A DNA stretch of 58,319 bases from Pseudomonadota bacterium (GCA_018241545.1 JAFEDP010000001.1:1-58319); one strand, 5' to 3'. Shown: positions 11,664 through 22,770, counted from the stretch's first letter. Numbers and translations are program-made. The notes: generated from the sequence alone by a model not told the origin.

Positions 11664-12073
11664 TGGCCGGTCGACGCCCGACCAAGGGACGGCGGTCCGG
11701 GCCGCCGCGCGCGGCTTTGCGGCGACGACGATCGCGGCGACGCCCGACACGAGCGGCGGATGCGCGCCGCGTGGAGCGTGCGGCGGGCGCCACTCAATCG
11801 CGGTGATCTCGCGTTAGAACTGCCGCCACGCATTCTCAGTCAGGGTCGCGAATCCAGCATGGCCGCAACTCGTCGCTGGTATCCGAGGCCGAGCGGGTGA
11901 TCCGGATCCCGGTCGCGGCCTCCAGATCGCTCCGGACCGGCGCGGCGTCCTCCGGTCGAGCATAGGCGTTGGGGCAGCGATTGGCGCCACGACGACGGAC
12001 TTTCGACCCGCGTGCCTGTTCATCGATGTACGGCTGTCGCGCGCCGTCGGGACGCCGGCGTACCGGGACGCGG

Positions 12074-12970
<897 letters not shown>

Positions 12971-13303
12971 GCGCCGTCTACTCCGTTCACACCGATCCAG
13001 CATCCGTCGGCCGCAGCCAATCCGCGCGACCGCGTCCCGCGCCGATAGCGCCCGCAGCGGAACCGCGGCCGTCCCCGGGCCCGACCGCCGGCACCTGACC
13101 GGGGCGACGACCCCGCCGCCGAAGATATAGAAGTTCGCGCGTGAACGGCAGCCTCCCGCGCCAACGCCGCAGGACCGGTTGGCCGCGCCGGTCGGGACCC
13201 GCACATGGCGCGGGCCCCGCACGTCGGAGGCGCATCCCACGGTGCGCGGCATTCGGGCACCACCCCTGCGCCCGGCGCCGCCGGACCCGTGCCCGCTTGA
13301 CGA

Positions 13304-13966
13304 CTACGGCCGCCTCGTCACGCGGCGCCGCGGCAGAGCCGGACCGAGAAAGTGCATCAGGAAGCCGGTCGCGGCGAGCTTGGCCAGACGTACGTACGCG
13401 GGCGTCAGCCGCCCATACTCCAGCATCGATGCCGTAAATGCGGTGTCGACGATTTCGGTGGCGACGTAGGCGACCCGTTCCTTGTCAGCGAACCTTGGCA
13501 CGATGAACAGTTCCTCGGCCAGGCGCAGCGCGAATCCCGCCCGGGCACGATCGGCGTCCCGATCCATCCGCTTGATCTGGTGCGGGGTCTCGCCGCCGAT
13601 CGCAAGTTTCGCGCCGACCGGGTGCAGGCGGTGATGACGGGCGGCGCGATCGATGAGGCACTCGACGATCGCCTGCCAGGTGCGCTGGTCGCGCGGCCGC
13701 AGTGGCCGCATCAGAGTCGCGTCCATCGTCACGCGGTGCTGTTCCAGCAGCGCCCGGTAGATGGATTCCATGTCCGGGTAGAAGTGCTGCGCAGAGCTGG
13801 ACGGGACGCCCGCTCGGGAGCAGACGGCGGCGAATGTCACGCGCGACAGGGCGTGCTCGGCGACCAGGGAACGAGCGGCCGCCAGCAGGGCCTCGCGACG
13901 TCGATCGCCGCGGCGCTGGGTGCGGCGCACCAACGGTTCGGCCTTCTGAATCCTGACTCGGGTCAT
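13304..13966 (-). CDS. TetR-family transcriptional regulator
   Basis: Start MTRVRIQKAEP at 13966, inside track ORF 13304..14257. N-terminal HTH FAAVCSRAGVPSSSAQHFYPDMESIY. Divergent from the receptor operon. Confidence 0.85.
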   Translation of the reverse strand: MTRVRIQKAEPLVRRTQRRGDRRREALLAAARSLVAEHALSRVTFAAVCSRAGVPSSSAQHFYPDMESIYRALLEQHRVTMDATLMRPLRPRDQRTWQAIVECLIDRAARHHRLHPVGAKLAIGGETPHQIKRMDRDADRARAGFALRLAEELFIVPRFADKERVAYVATEIVDTAFTASMLEYGRLTPAYVRLAKLAATGFLMHFLGPALPRRRVTRRP

Positions 13967-14164
13967 CGGAGCCCCTGGGTGGCACCAAGAGTCTAGCGAT
14001 GCCTGCAAGGGCTGCAAATCGGCGTGCGACGGCGGGCGGCGCGACCGGCCTGCCCGCGTCGGAAACTCGGTAGTTACCGGGTCTTTGATGACAATCCCAC
14101 GGCGCCTAGGTATAACTGCGGGCAATGCGCCGTGCAATCTCTGCCACGGCGCTGCCGCAAAAGA

Positions 14165-14172
14165 GGGGGGGG
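14165..14172. repeat. Homopolymeric G8 tract in the TetR/receptor intergenic region
   Basis: Read directly: aagaGGGGGGGGc, 58 nt upstream of the receptor ATG at 14230. Confidence 0.9.
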
Positions 14173-14229
14173 CGGCCCGCGCGACGCGGGGGACCCCGAC
14201 AGTCTGGCCGTGAGACGGGCAGCTACCGC

Positions 14230-16725
14230 ATGCCCGCACAGGGGGGTCTCTTGGCACTTCGCAAGCTCATCGTTTCGCTCGCCGCCAGCGGCGCGTGCCT
14301 GTCTTCGGGCGCCCTGCTGGCACAGTCGGCGCCGTCCGCATCCGCCGGCGCCGAGACAATCGGCGAAGTCGTCGTGACCGCGCAGCGGCGGGAACAGAAG
14401 CTGCAGGACGTGCCGATCGCGGTGCAGGTTGTGTCGAGCGAACTGGTTCAGCTCCATGCCTCCGACAACATGGCGGACATGCAGAAGTGGGTACCGGGCC
14501 TCGTGGTCTCCGGCGACAGCCCCACCCAGCCGCACTATCAGCTGCGGGGCATTGGCGCGAGCGACTTTGGCGTCGGTACCGATCCGGCGGTCGGCGTCTA
14601 CGTCGACGGCGTCTACGCGGCGCGGTCCGGCGCGTCCTTCCTGCAGTTCAACGACATCGATCGCATCGAGGTGCTGAAGGGGCCACAGGGCACGCTGCTC
14701 GGACGCAGCAGCGCTGCCGGCGCGATCTCCATCGTCACCCGCAAGCCCAGCGACGTGCTCGAGGGAAGCCTCGACCTGCGGTACGGGAGCGAGGGCAAGC
14801 AGCGCTACGAGGGCATGCTGAACGTGCCGCTGGCGGAGGGAATGGCGCTGCGCCTGAATGCGGTTAGCAACAAGTCCGACGGCTTCCTGACGGACGCAGC
14901 GACCGGTCAGCAGCTGGATCCGGAGAAGAACTGGGCCGGTCGTGCGGCGTTCCGGTGGGACATCAACGCGGACACACGACTGATGCTCGCCTGGAACCAC
15001 GACGCGGTGAACCAGCTCGCGCGCGTTGCGATCGGCCTGATCCCCGCCCCGCCCGGCGGCTTCACGGCGGCCTCGCCGGCCCCGTTCCCGCCCGACCCGA
15101 CGGGCGCGAGCTTTCTGAACCCGATCACGGCGCCGATCTACAACGACGAGGTCGGCAACAACGAGTCGCGCCGGCTCGACGACTTCGTGCTGACGTTCGA
15201 GAGGCACTTCGGGGACGTAGTGTTCCTTTCGACGACCGACTGGCGTCAGTTCCGTACCAACAACCGCGAATCCGAGACCGGTACCGACGGATACGCGACC
15301 TACTTCGACACCGACAACATCGAGCACAACGCCGCCTGGTACCAGGAGTTCAAGCTCTCGGGCCAGACCCGGATCGCCGATTGGGTCGCGGGAGTCAGCT
15401 ATTCCTACGAGCACGCGCAGCAGGCGAGTGACACGCACACCTATACGGACGGCATCGACACCCTGTTCACGAACCTCTGTCTCGCCGGGCCGCCCACCTG
15501 CTCCGCAGTCTACGGCCCGCTGACCGCGGGCCTCGCGGAGGCTGGCGTGCCCATCAGCCTGCTGGGCTTGCCCTGGCGCGAGGTCATGTACGACGACGGT
15601 CGATTCAGGTCGCTGGGCGTCTTCGCCGACGTCATCTGGCACCTGGCTGACAAGGTCAACCTGACGACCGGCCTGCGCTACTCCCGCGACACGAAGGACT
15701 TCGCCTGGCTCGCGCCGGTTCGCGAGGCTCCGCAGCTCGACGCGTATTCGGCCATCATCAACGCCAACCCGGACCTGGCCGCGGCCGGCATCGCGGTGCC
15801 GTACATCCCGAATCTGGTCTTCTCGTATCCGGGAATTCAGGGCACGCCGTACTCGACGTCCGGCTCGTGGAGCGACGTCAGCCCGCGCGTGGTGCTCGAC
15901 TACAAGCCGGACCCGTCGGTGATGCTCTACGCGTCCGTCGCCAAGGGGTTTACCCCCGGTGGCTACGACAGCGTGCAGATCAACGGCAAGTACGACAAGG
16001 AAGACGTCTGGAACTACGAGCTCGGCTTCAAGTCGTCGGTCGCTGGTTCGAGGCTGTTCGTGGACGGGGCGCTGTACTACTACTCCTACAAGAACAAGCA
16101 GTCGCTGGTTCTGACCTCGGTCAGCGGCTCGTCCATCCCGCAGTACACGGTGTCCGTCAGCGACCAGAAGGCCTACGGCGCCGACCTCGACATGCGCTGG
16201 CAGCCGGTCACGCCGCTCACGCTCGGGCTGAGCGTTGCGTATATCGACTCCACCTACACGCGCTTCGAGTCGCCCGCGCTGCTGCAGGAGGCGGCCTTCA
16301 TGAATCCGGCGCCGGCGGACCCCCTGGCGTTCGCGAACCTCGCTGGCCAGCCGACGGGCGAACCGAACTGGTCGTTCGCCGCCTCCGCCGACTACGTCTG
16401 GCACCTGTCGGACGGCGCCTCCGTCAACGCCTTCCTGTCTCACAGCTACCGGGGCGCCACGCGCTGCAACGGCGAATCGCAGGTCACCCGCGTCTGCCTG
16501 CCGCAGGCGTCATTCCCGCTAGGCGTCGCCCAGAACCAGACCGACGCGCGCCTGGGCTGGCGCAGCGCCACCGGCAAGCTGGGATTGTCTATCTACGCGA
16601 CCAATCTCTTCGACAAGCGCTACGTGACGGGTATCAATAGCATCACGGCGTCCACGTTCGGTACGCCCATCGCGTCGGTCAACGCGCCGAGGCGTTACGG
16701 CTTCGACGTGCATGTCGCATTCTGA
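14230..16725 (+). CDS. TonB-dependent outer-membrane receptor
   Basis: ATG at 14230 gives signal peptide MPAQGGLLALRKLIVSLAASGACLSSGALLAQS. Plug motifs GEVVVTAQRREQKLQDVP and IDRIEVLKGPQGTLLGRSSAAGAI. Ends with a C-terminal aromatic residue (HVAF). Confidence 0.9.
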   Translation: MPAQGGLLALRKLIVSLAASGACLSSGALLAQSAPSASAGAETIGEVVVTAQRREQKLQDVPIAVQVVSSELVQLHASDNMADMQKWVPGLVVSGDSPTQPHYQLRGIGASDFGVGTDPAVGVYVDGVYAARSGASFLQFNDIDRIEVLKGPQGTLLGRSSAAGAISIVTRKPSDVLEGSLDLRYGSEGKQRYEGMLNVPLAEGMALRLNAVSNKSDGFLTDAATGQQLDPEKNWAGRAAFRWDINADTRLMLAWNHDAVNQLARVAIGLIPAPPGGFTAASPAPFPPDPTGASFLNPITAPIYNDEVGNNESRRLDDFVLTFERHFGDVVFLSTTDWRQFRTNNRESETGTDGYATYFDTDNIEHNAAWYQEFKLSGQTRIADWVAGVSYSYEHAQQASDTHTYTDGIDTLFTNLCLAGPPTCSAVYGPLTAGLAEAGVPISLLGLPWREVMYDDGRFRSLGVFADVIWHLADKVNLTTGLRYSRDTKDFAWLAPVREAPQLDAYSAIINANPDLAAAGIAVPYIPNLVFSYPGIQGTPYSTSGSWSDVSPRVVLDYKPDPSVMLYASVAKGFTPGGYDSVQINGKYDKEDVWNYELGFKSSVAGSRLFVDGALYYYSYKNKQSLVLTSVSGSSIPQYTVSVSDQKAYGADLDMRWQPVTPLTLGLSVAYIDSTYTRFESPALLQEAAFMNPAPADPLAFANLAGQPTGEPNWSFAASADYVWHLSDGASVNAFLSHSYRGATRCNGESQVTRVCLPQASFPLGVAQNQTDARLGWRSATGKLGLSIYATNLFDKRYVTGINSITASTFGTPIASVNAPRRYGFDVHVAF

Positions 16726-17353
16726 GCGAGCGTACTGCCGGTTCGTCGCGGTCGCGGGCGTGGCAGCGGCGCTGCTCGCCGGTAACGGCAGGGCGGCAGC
16801 GGACGGCAGGGCGCTGTACGCGGCCTGCATCCCCTGTCACGGTGCCCGGGGCGAGGGCATCGCCAGCACCGGCGCACCCAACATCGCCGGTGGTGAGAGC
16901 TGGTACCTTCAGCGCCAGCTGCAGGAGTTCGCTGCCGGCCGACGCGGCGCGGCTGCGGGTGACACGTACGGTGCCGCGATGCGCGCCGCCTCCGGCGTCC
17001 TCAGGTCCGATGCCGATCGGCTGGCCGTCGCGACCTACGTGTCCAGCCTTCGGCGAATCCGCAGCGCCGATACGGCCCCCGCCGCCTCCAGCAACGGCCG
17101 CAACTACTACAACGCGATCTGCAGCGCTTGCCACGGCGCGAACGGGCGCGGCAACGAGAAGCTCGGTGCACCGCGCCTCGCCGGCCTGGCTACGGCCTAC
17201 GTCGCCCGGCAGCTGAATGCGTTCAAGACAGGACAGCGCGGGTCCGACCCTGCCGACCGGCTCGGGGCACAGATGCGCGCGGTCGCCGCCATGCTGCCGG
17301 ATGAGGAGACCGCGCGGGAGGTCGTGCGCTACGCCACCGGCCTTGAGCCGTGA
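16712..17353 (+). CDS. Dihaem c-type cytochrome (cytochrome c4/c553-like), periplasmic
   Basis: 213 aa with a signal-like N-terminus and two CXXCH motifs (CIPCH, CSACH), one in each repeated half. Start overlaps the receptor stop by 14 nt. Confidence 0.85.
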   Translation: MSHSERAYCRFVAVAGVAAALLAGNGRAAADGRALYAACIPCHGARGEGIASTGAPNIAGGESWYLQRQLQEFAAGRRGAAAGDTYGAAMRAASGVLRSDADRLAVATYVSSLRRIRSADTAPAASSNGRNYYNAICSACHGANGRGNEKLGAPRLAGLATAYVARQLNAFKTGQRGSDPADRLGAQMRAVAAMLPDEETAREVVRYATGLEP

Positions 17354-18504
17354 TGGCGAAGCACCACGGGCTGGCATTCGCGATCGCGCTGATGGGTGCA
17401 GCGCCGCTGGCCGCCGTCGCGGCACCGGGGTTCTCCCTCACGAACCAGTGTCCTGCCAGCTTCGAGAAGCAGGACGGTCGCTGCCGCCTGCGCACCCCGT
17501 ACGACGACTACGCCTCGCTCACCGGCGCCGGCGTGGGCGGACTCAAGACCGGGCTGCCGCCGGTTCGCGATGGCTTCACGCCGCACGAGATCGACCTTGG
17601 ACGCCTGTTGTTCTTCGACCCGGCGCTCTCGGTCAACGGGCGCGTGGCCTGCGCGACCTGCCACAGCCCCCGTCACGGCTTCGCCGACGCCCGGCCCCGC
17701 AGCCACGGGGCGCTGGGCGACGAGGTGTCGCGCAACGCGCCCAGCCTCTGGAACGTCGCCTTCCTGCGGCGGTTCTTCTGGGACGGCCGCGCCCAGTCCC
17801 TCGAGGAGCAGGTGCAGGGGCCACTGTATGGACGCCGGGAGATGGCGACCTCGCCGGCGCGGCTCGTCGCCACGCTGAATGCCATTCCGGATTACCGGCG
17901 ACTCTTCTCACAGACGTTCGCCGACGCGGCCGGAGGCATCCGCACCGAGCACGTGTACCGCGCACTGGCGGCCTTCGAGAGCTCGCTGGTATCGCTCAAC
18001 AGCCGCTATGACCTGTACGCGCACGGTATCAGCAGCGCTCTGACGCGCGAGGAGCTCGAGGGCCTCAATGTGTTCCGCTCGTTCGTCGCGCGCTGCGCCG
18101 AGTGCCATACGCCGCCGCTCTTCACCAACCAGCAGATTGCGGTCATCGGCATGCCTGATCCTGCCGGCCGACCGTTCGACGCCGGCGCCGGCGCGCTGGA
18201 CGGCGAACCGATGCGACGCGGCGGCTTCAAGGTGCCCAGCCTGCGCAACGTGGCGCTGACCGGCCCCTACGGCCATGCCGGGCAGTTTGCGACGCTGCGC
18301 GAGACCGTCGCCTTCTATACCGGCGGTCGGGGACACGCCGTCCCACGCGGCGAACACCTGCGCCTGCATTGGCACATCTGGGAGCCCAAACTCTCGGAAC
18401 AGGAACTCGACCGTCTGGTCGACTTCCTTCGATCACTAACCGACGAATCCTTCCGCCCGGAGACGCCGCGTCGCGTCCCCTCCGGGCGGCCCGTACCCGA
18501 TTGA
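17350..18504 (+). CDS. Dihaem cytochrome c peroxidase / MauG-family enzyme
   Basis: 384 aa with a signal peptide. FFDPALSVNGRVACATCHSP, NAPSLWNVAF, FWDGRAQSLEEQ, CAECHTPPLF and FKVPSLRNVALTGPYGHAG are classic CCP/MauG blocks. The ATG at 17353 forms TGATG with the upstream stop. Confidence 0.9.
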   Translation: MMAKHHGLAFAIALMGAAPLAAVAAPGFSLTNQCPASFEKQDGRCRLRTPYDDYASLTGAGVGGLKTGLPPVRDGFTPHEIDLGRLLFFDPALSVNGRVACATCHSPRHGFADARPRSHGALGDEVSRNAPSLWNVAFLRRFFWDGRAQSLEEQVQGPLYGRREMATSPARLVATLNAIPDYRRLFSQTFADAAGGIRTEHVYRALAAFESSLVSLNSRYDLYAHGISSALTREELEGLNVFRSFVARCAECHTPPLFTNQQIAVIGMPDPAGRPFDAGAGALDGEPMRRGGFKVPSLRNVALTGPYGHAGQFATLRETVAFYTGGRGHAVPRGEHLRLHWHIWEPKLSEQELDRLVDFLRSLTDESFRPETPRRVPSGRPVPD

Positions 18505-18522
18505 CGCCGCCTGGGAGCACCC

Positions 18523-20061
18523 ATGAACACCAAGGGATTCATCAGCCTGATAGTCGTCGCCGCCATCGCCGCCGCCGGCGGCTATCTCTACGCCCAGCGC
18601 GCCGCGGTGCCCGTGGCGGCGACGGCCGCGCGGTCGGCGGCCGCCGAACTCAGCAGCGCGCGCAGCCCGGCAGCCGCGGGCGCGCCCGCCTCGCTGACGG
18701 CAGGCGGCACCGGCCAGGTGATCGCGGTCAAGCCCGGCGACTCCATCCAGGCGGCGGTCGCCCGCGCCCAGCCCGGCGACACGGTGCAGGTTCTGCCGGG
18801 GACCTATCGGGAGACCGTCTACATCGACAAGGACAATGTCGCGCTCATCGGCGTCGTCCATGGCGGCGACTGGCCCACCCTCGACGGCGAGGGCAAGCGC
18901 AACGATGCGGTGCTCTACTCCGGCAATGGCATCCGCGTCGAGAACCTGCACATCGTGAACTTCAAGGGCAACGCGATCATGGGGCAGGCGGGCAACAACT
19001 TCGTGATCCGCCACAACTGGATCGCCAATGCCGGCGTCTACGGGATCTTTCCCGAGTTCGCGCAGAACGGGCTCATCGAGTACAACACCCTGACCGGCAT
19101 CGAGGATGCGGCAATCTACGTCGGGATGTCAGACAACATCCACGTCGCGCACAACGAGGTGTTCGGCAACGTGGCCGGAATCGAGATCGAGAACTCGCGC
19201 CACGCCATCGTCGAGCACAACCTCGCCTATGACAATGCCGGGGGCATACTGGCGTTCATCACGCCCGGCCTGCCGATCAAGACCACGTTCGACGTCATCA
19301 TTCGCAACAACTTCGTCGTCGCCAACAACCATCGAAATTTCGGCGCCCCGGGGTCGATCGTGTCCGGAATCCCGAGCGGCACCGGCATCATCATCATGGC
19401 CGCCGACGACGTGTTCATCGAGAACAACGTCGTGCGCGACAACAAGAACGCCGGCATCATCGTCGCCGACCACAAGTCGTTCGCGAACATCACGCCGGAT
19501 CCGGAGTCCGACCCGAATCCCGATCGCGTATCAGTGCTCTGGAACCTGTTTGCCCACAACGGCTACGAGCCAATCAAGGAGATCAAGGTGCTGATGGCGG
19601 CCGCGCTGACGACCGAGGGCCCGGACCTCGTCGCGGTGGGTGGAGGCAGCGGCAGCTGCGTGGCCGACAAAAGCGCGCTCAAGTCCCTCGGCATCGGCAG
19701 CTGGGCTTCCGGGTGCGCGCGCGCGACGACGGCGGACGTGTCGACCTATCTCCTCGAGCACCCGGCGAAGGCCCGGGTGATGAACACCGAGGACCGCGGC
19801 AAGCTGATCTACTCGTCGGTGTGCGCCGGCTGCCATGCCTACAACGTGCGCATGATCGGACCGCCGACCCAGGTGATCCAGGCCATGTATGCCGGCAACC
19901 CGCAGGGGATCGCCGACTACATTGCCAACCCGGTGAAGAAGCGCGAGGACTTCCCGGCCATGCCACCGCAGGGACACCTCAGCCCGGACCTGCGCCTGGC
20001 CGTAGCCAAGTACATGCTGGCGGTCACCCAGGGAAAGCCGCGAGCTGCGGCGACGCCGTAG
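18523..20061 (+). CDS. Right-handed parallel beta-helix repeat protein (NosD/CASH-like) with C-terminal monohaem cytochrome c domain
   Basis: 512 aa. N-terminal hydrophobic anchor ISLIVVAAIAAAGGYLY. GDSIQAAVARAQPGDTVQVLPGTYRETV, followed by repeated beta-helix turns (IRHNWIANAGVYGI, IEYNTLTGIEDAAIYV, VAHNEVFGNVAGIEIE, VEHNLAYDNAGGIL, IENNVVRDNKNAGIIV). C-terminal CAGCH haem motif. Confidence 0.8.
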   Translation: MNTKGFISLIVVAAIAAAGGYLYAQRAAVPVAATAARSAAAELSSARSPAAAGAPASLTAGGTGQVIAVKPGDSIQAAVARAQPGDTVQVLPGTYRETVYIDKDNVALIGVVHGGDWPTLDGEGKRNDAVLYSGNGIRVENLHIVNFKGNAIMGQAGNNFVIRHNWIANAGVYGIFPEFAQNGLIEYNTLTGIEDAAIYVGMSDNIHVAHNEVFGNVAGIEIENSRHAIVEHNLAYDNAGGILAFITPGLPIKTTFDVIIRNNFVVANNHRNFGAPGSIVSGIPSGTGIIIMAADDVFIENNVVRDNKNAGIIVADHKSFANITPDPESDPNPDRVSVLWNLFAHNGYEPIKEIKVLMAAALTTEGPDLVAVGGGSGSCVADKSALKSLGIGSWASGCARATTADVSTYLLEHPAKARVMNTEDRGKLIYSSVCAGCHAYNVRMIGPPTQVIQAMYAGNPQGIADYIANPVKKREDFPAMPPQGHLSPDLRLAVAKYMLAVTQGKPRAAATP

Positions 20062-20087
20062 GTCCGCGCGCGGAATCCGGAGGGGAC

Positions 20088-20110
20088 GCGCCCGTCGTCG
20101 CGACGGGCGC
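20088..20110. terminator. GC-rich hairpin between convergent genes (candidate bidirectional terminator)
   Basis: gcgcccgtcg-tcg-cgacgggcgc: a perfect 10 bp stem with a 3 nt loop in the 53 nt gap between the stop codons at 20061 (+) and 20115 (-). There is no clear U-tract, so function is inferred from position only. Confidence 0.45.
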
Positions 20111-20114
20111 CGCC

Positions 20115-21074
<960 letters not shown>

Positions 21075-21165
21075 CGGAATCCTCGAACGTCGCGTGCAGG
21101 CTCGCCGGAGCGCGCAAGGCTCGCATCGCGCTCGACCCTTGTAAAGGCGCTCCGCGCCGGCCGTT

Positions 21166-22770
21166 TCACGACGCCCGGCGCCGACGCAGCCGGCGCCAGT
21201 CCTTCAGTATCTCGCGGGCGGCATTGTGACCCGGGATGCCGGAGACGCCGCCTCCCGGATGACTGGAGGATCCGCACAAGTAGAGGCCGGCGACCGGCGT
21301 CCGGTAGTCCGCGCACCAGGGCGAGGGCCGCTGCAGAAACAGCTGGTCGAGGCTGAGCTCGCCGTGAAAGATGTGACCCTGCGGTAGTCCCACGATCTCC
21401 TCGAGATCGGGAGGAACCAGCATTTCGAGGTCCAGCACCTGACCGGAGAATCCCGGCGCCATTTCGTCGAGGACATCCAGCGCTGCTCGCGTGAAGGCCG
21501 GCTTGGCCTCAGCCCAGGTCGCGTCCTTCAGCGTATGCGGCGCGTGACCTCCGAAGGCGTTCACGACGTGCTTGCCGGCGGGAGCCAGCGAGTCGTCGAC
21601 GACGGTCGGCACGACCGGCGTCATGAACGGCCGCGCGGACGGTCGTCCGTACTTCGCGTCGTCGTACGCCCTTTCCAGGTAGTCGATGCCCGGCCCGATG
21701 TGGACGTACGTCGGATAGGCGAATCCGGTCTTGGCCGGGTCGAACGCGCGGTACCGGGGCGGGGCATCCGCCGCAATGTTCAACTTGAATGCGGTCGAGA
21801 ACGTCCGGTAGGCGTCGATATCGGCCAGCAGCTCGGGCGGCAGCGCGGCCGGGTTCAGCAGCCGCCTGAACAGCGTCTTGGCATTCGCATTGGAGGCGAC
21901 GACGGAAGCCGTGTACTCGCGCCCGTCGGCGAGCCGCACGCCGCGCGCGCAGCCACCGCTCGTCGCCACCTCCGCCACCGCGGCGTCGGTCATCACCTCG
22001 AGGCCATGGCGCGCCCCAGAGCGGGCGATCGCCGCGCTGATTGCGCCCATGCCACCGCGCACGAAGCCCCATCCTCCCGCGCCTTCGTGCTCGCCCATTA
22101 CGTGATGCATGATCACGTAGGCCGTGCCCGGCGATCGCGGGCCGGCGAACGTGCCGATCGATGCATAGTAGGCCAGCACGGACTTCACGATGTCGCTCTC
22201 GAACCAGGCGGACAGATAGTCGTAGGCGCTCTGGGCGAGCAGGTCGACCAGTCGGTGGGCACGGTCGCCGATGCGCCGGTATCGCCACAGCAGACCCGCG
22301 GTCTCGCGAAAGCTCCGCCAGTTACCACGCACCGGATTCACCGGCGTTTCGAACAGCAACTTCCGCACGATGGCCGCCGAGGCGGCCAGATCCCGCGCAA
22401 ACCGAGGGTAGGCTTCCGCGTCGTGGCGCGAGAAGCGCGCGAATTCCGCCTGGGTCTTGCGCACGTTGTCGCTGAAGACGATGTAGTCGTCGCCGCCCAG
22501 CGGACAGAAGAGGTCATTGGCGGGCAGCACCTCCAGTCCCATCGAGCGTAGCTCAAGGTCGCCGATGATCCGCGGATGCAGCAGGCTCATCACGTAGGAG
22601 AACCGTGAGGCGCGGAATCCTGGCGAGAACTCCTCTGTGACCGCGGCGCCGCCGATCAGGCCGCGCCGCTCGAGCACCAGGGTCCGCAGACCAGCCCGGG
22701 CCAGGTACGCTCCGCACACGAGGCCGTTGTGACCGGAGCCGATGATGATCGCGTCGTAGTGCGTAGCCAT
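21166..22770 (-). CDS. NAD(P)/FAD-dependent oxidoreductase, phytoene-desaturase (CrtI)-like family
   Basis: Start MATHYDAIIIGSGHNGLVCGAYLARAG (Rossmann GxGxxG) at 22770, inside track ORF 21166..23001. About 534 aa. C-terminal GSSSHPGGGVSG block typical of the family. Confidence 0.8.
   Translation of the reverse strand: MATHYDAIIIGSGHNGLVCGAYLARAGLRTLVLERRGLIGGAAVTEEFSPGFRASRFSYVMSLLHPRIIGDLELRSMGLEVLPANDLFCPLGGDDYIVFSDNVRKTQAEFARFSRHDAEAYPRFARDLAASAAIVRKLLFETPVNPVRGNWRSFRETAGLLWRYRRIGDRAHRLVDLLAQSAYDYLSAWFESDIVKSVLAYYASIGTFAGPRSPGTAYVIMHHVMGEHEGAGGWGFVRGGMGAISAAIARSGARHGLEVMTDAAVAEVATSGGCARGVRLADGREYTASVVASNANAKTLFRRLLNPAALPPELLADIDAYRTFSTAFKLNIAADAPPRYRAFDPAKTGFAYPTYVHIGPGIDYLERAYDDAKYGRPSARPFMTPVVPTVVDDSLAPAGKHVVNAFGGHAPHTLKDATWAEAKPAFTRAALDVLDEMAPGFSGQVLDLEMLVPPDLEEIVGLPQGHIFHGELSLDQLFLQRPSPWCADYRTPVAGLYLCGSSSHPGGGVSGIPGHNAAREILKDWRRLRRRRAS

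Noticed and set aside
14074-16443. 789 aa ORF on the minus strand
   Set aside because: It is exactly antisense to the well-supported TonB-dependent receptor gene. It is Arg/Gly/Val/Asp-rich with no recognisable motif. This is a classic shadow ORF in high-GC DNA, where stop codons are rare in the complementary frame.
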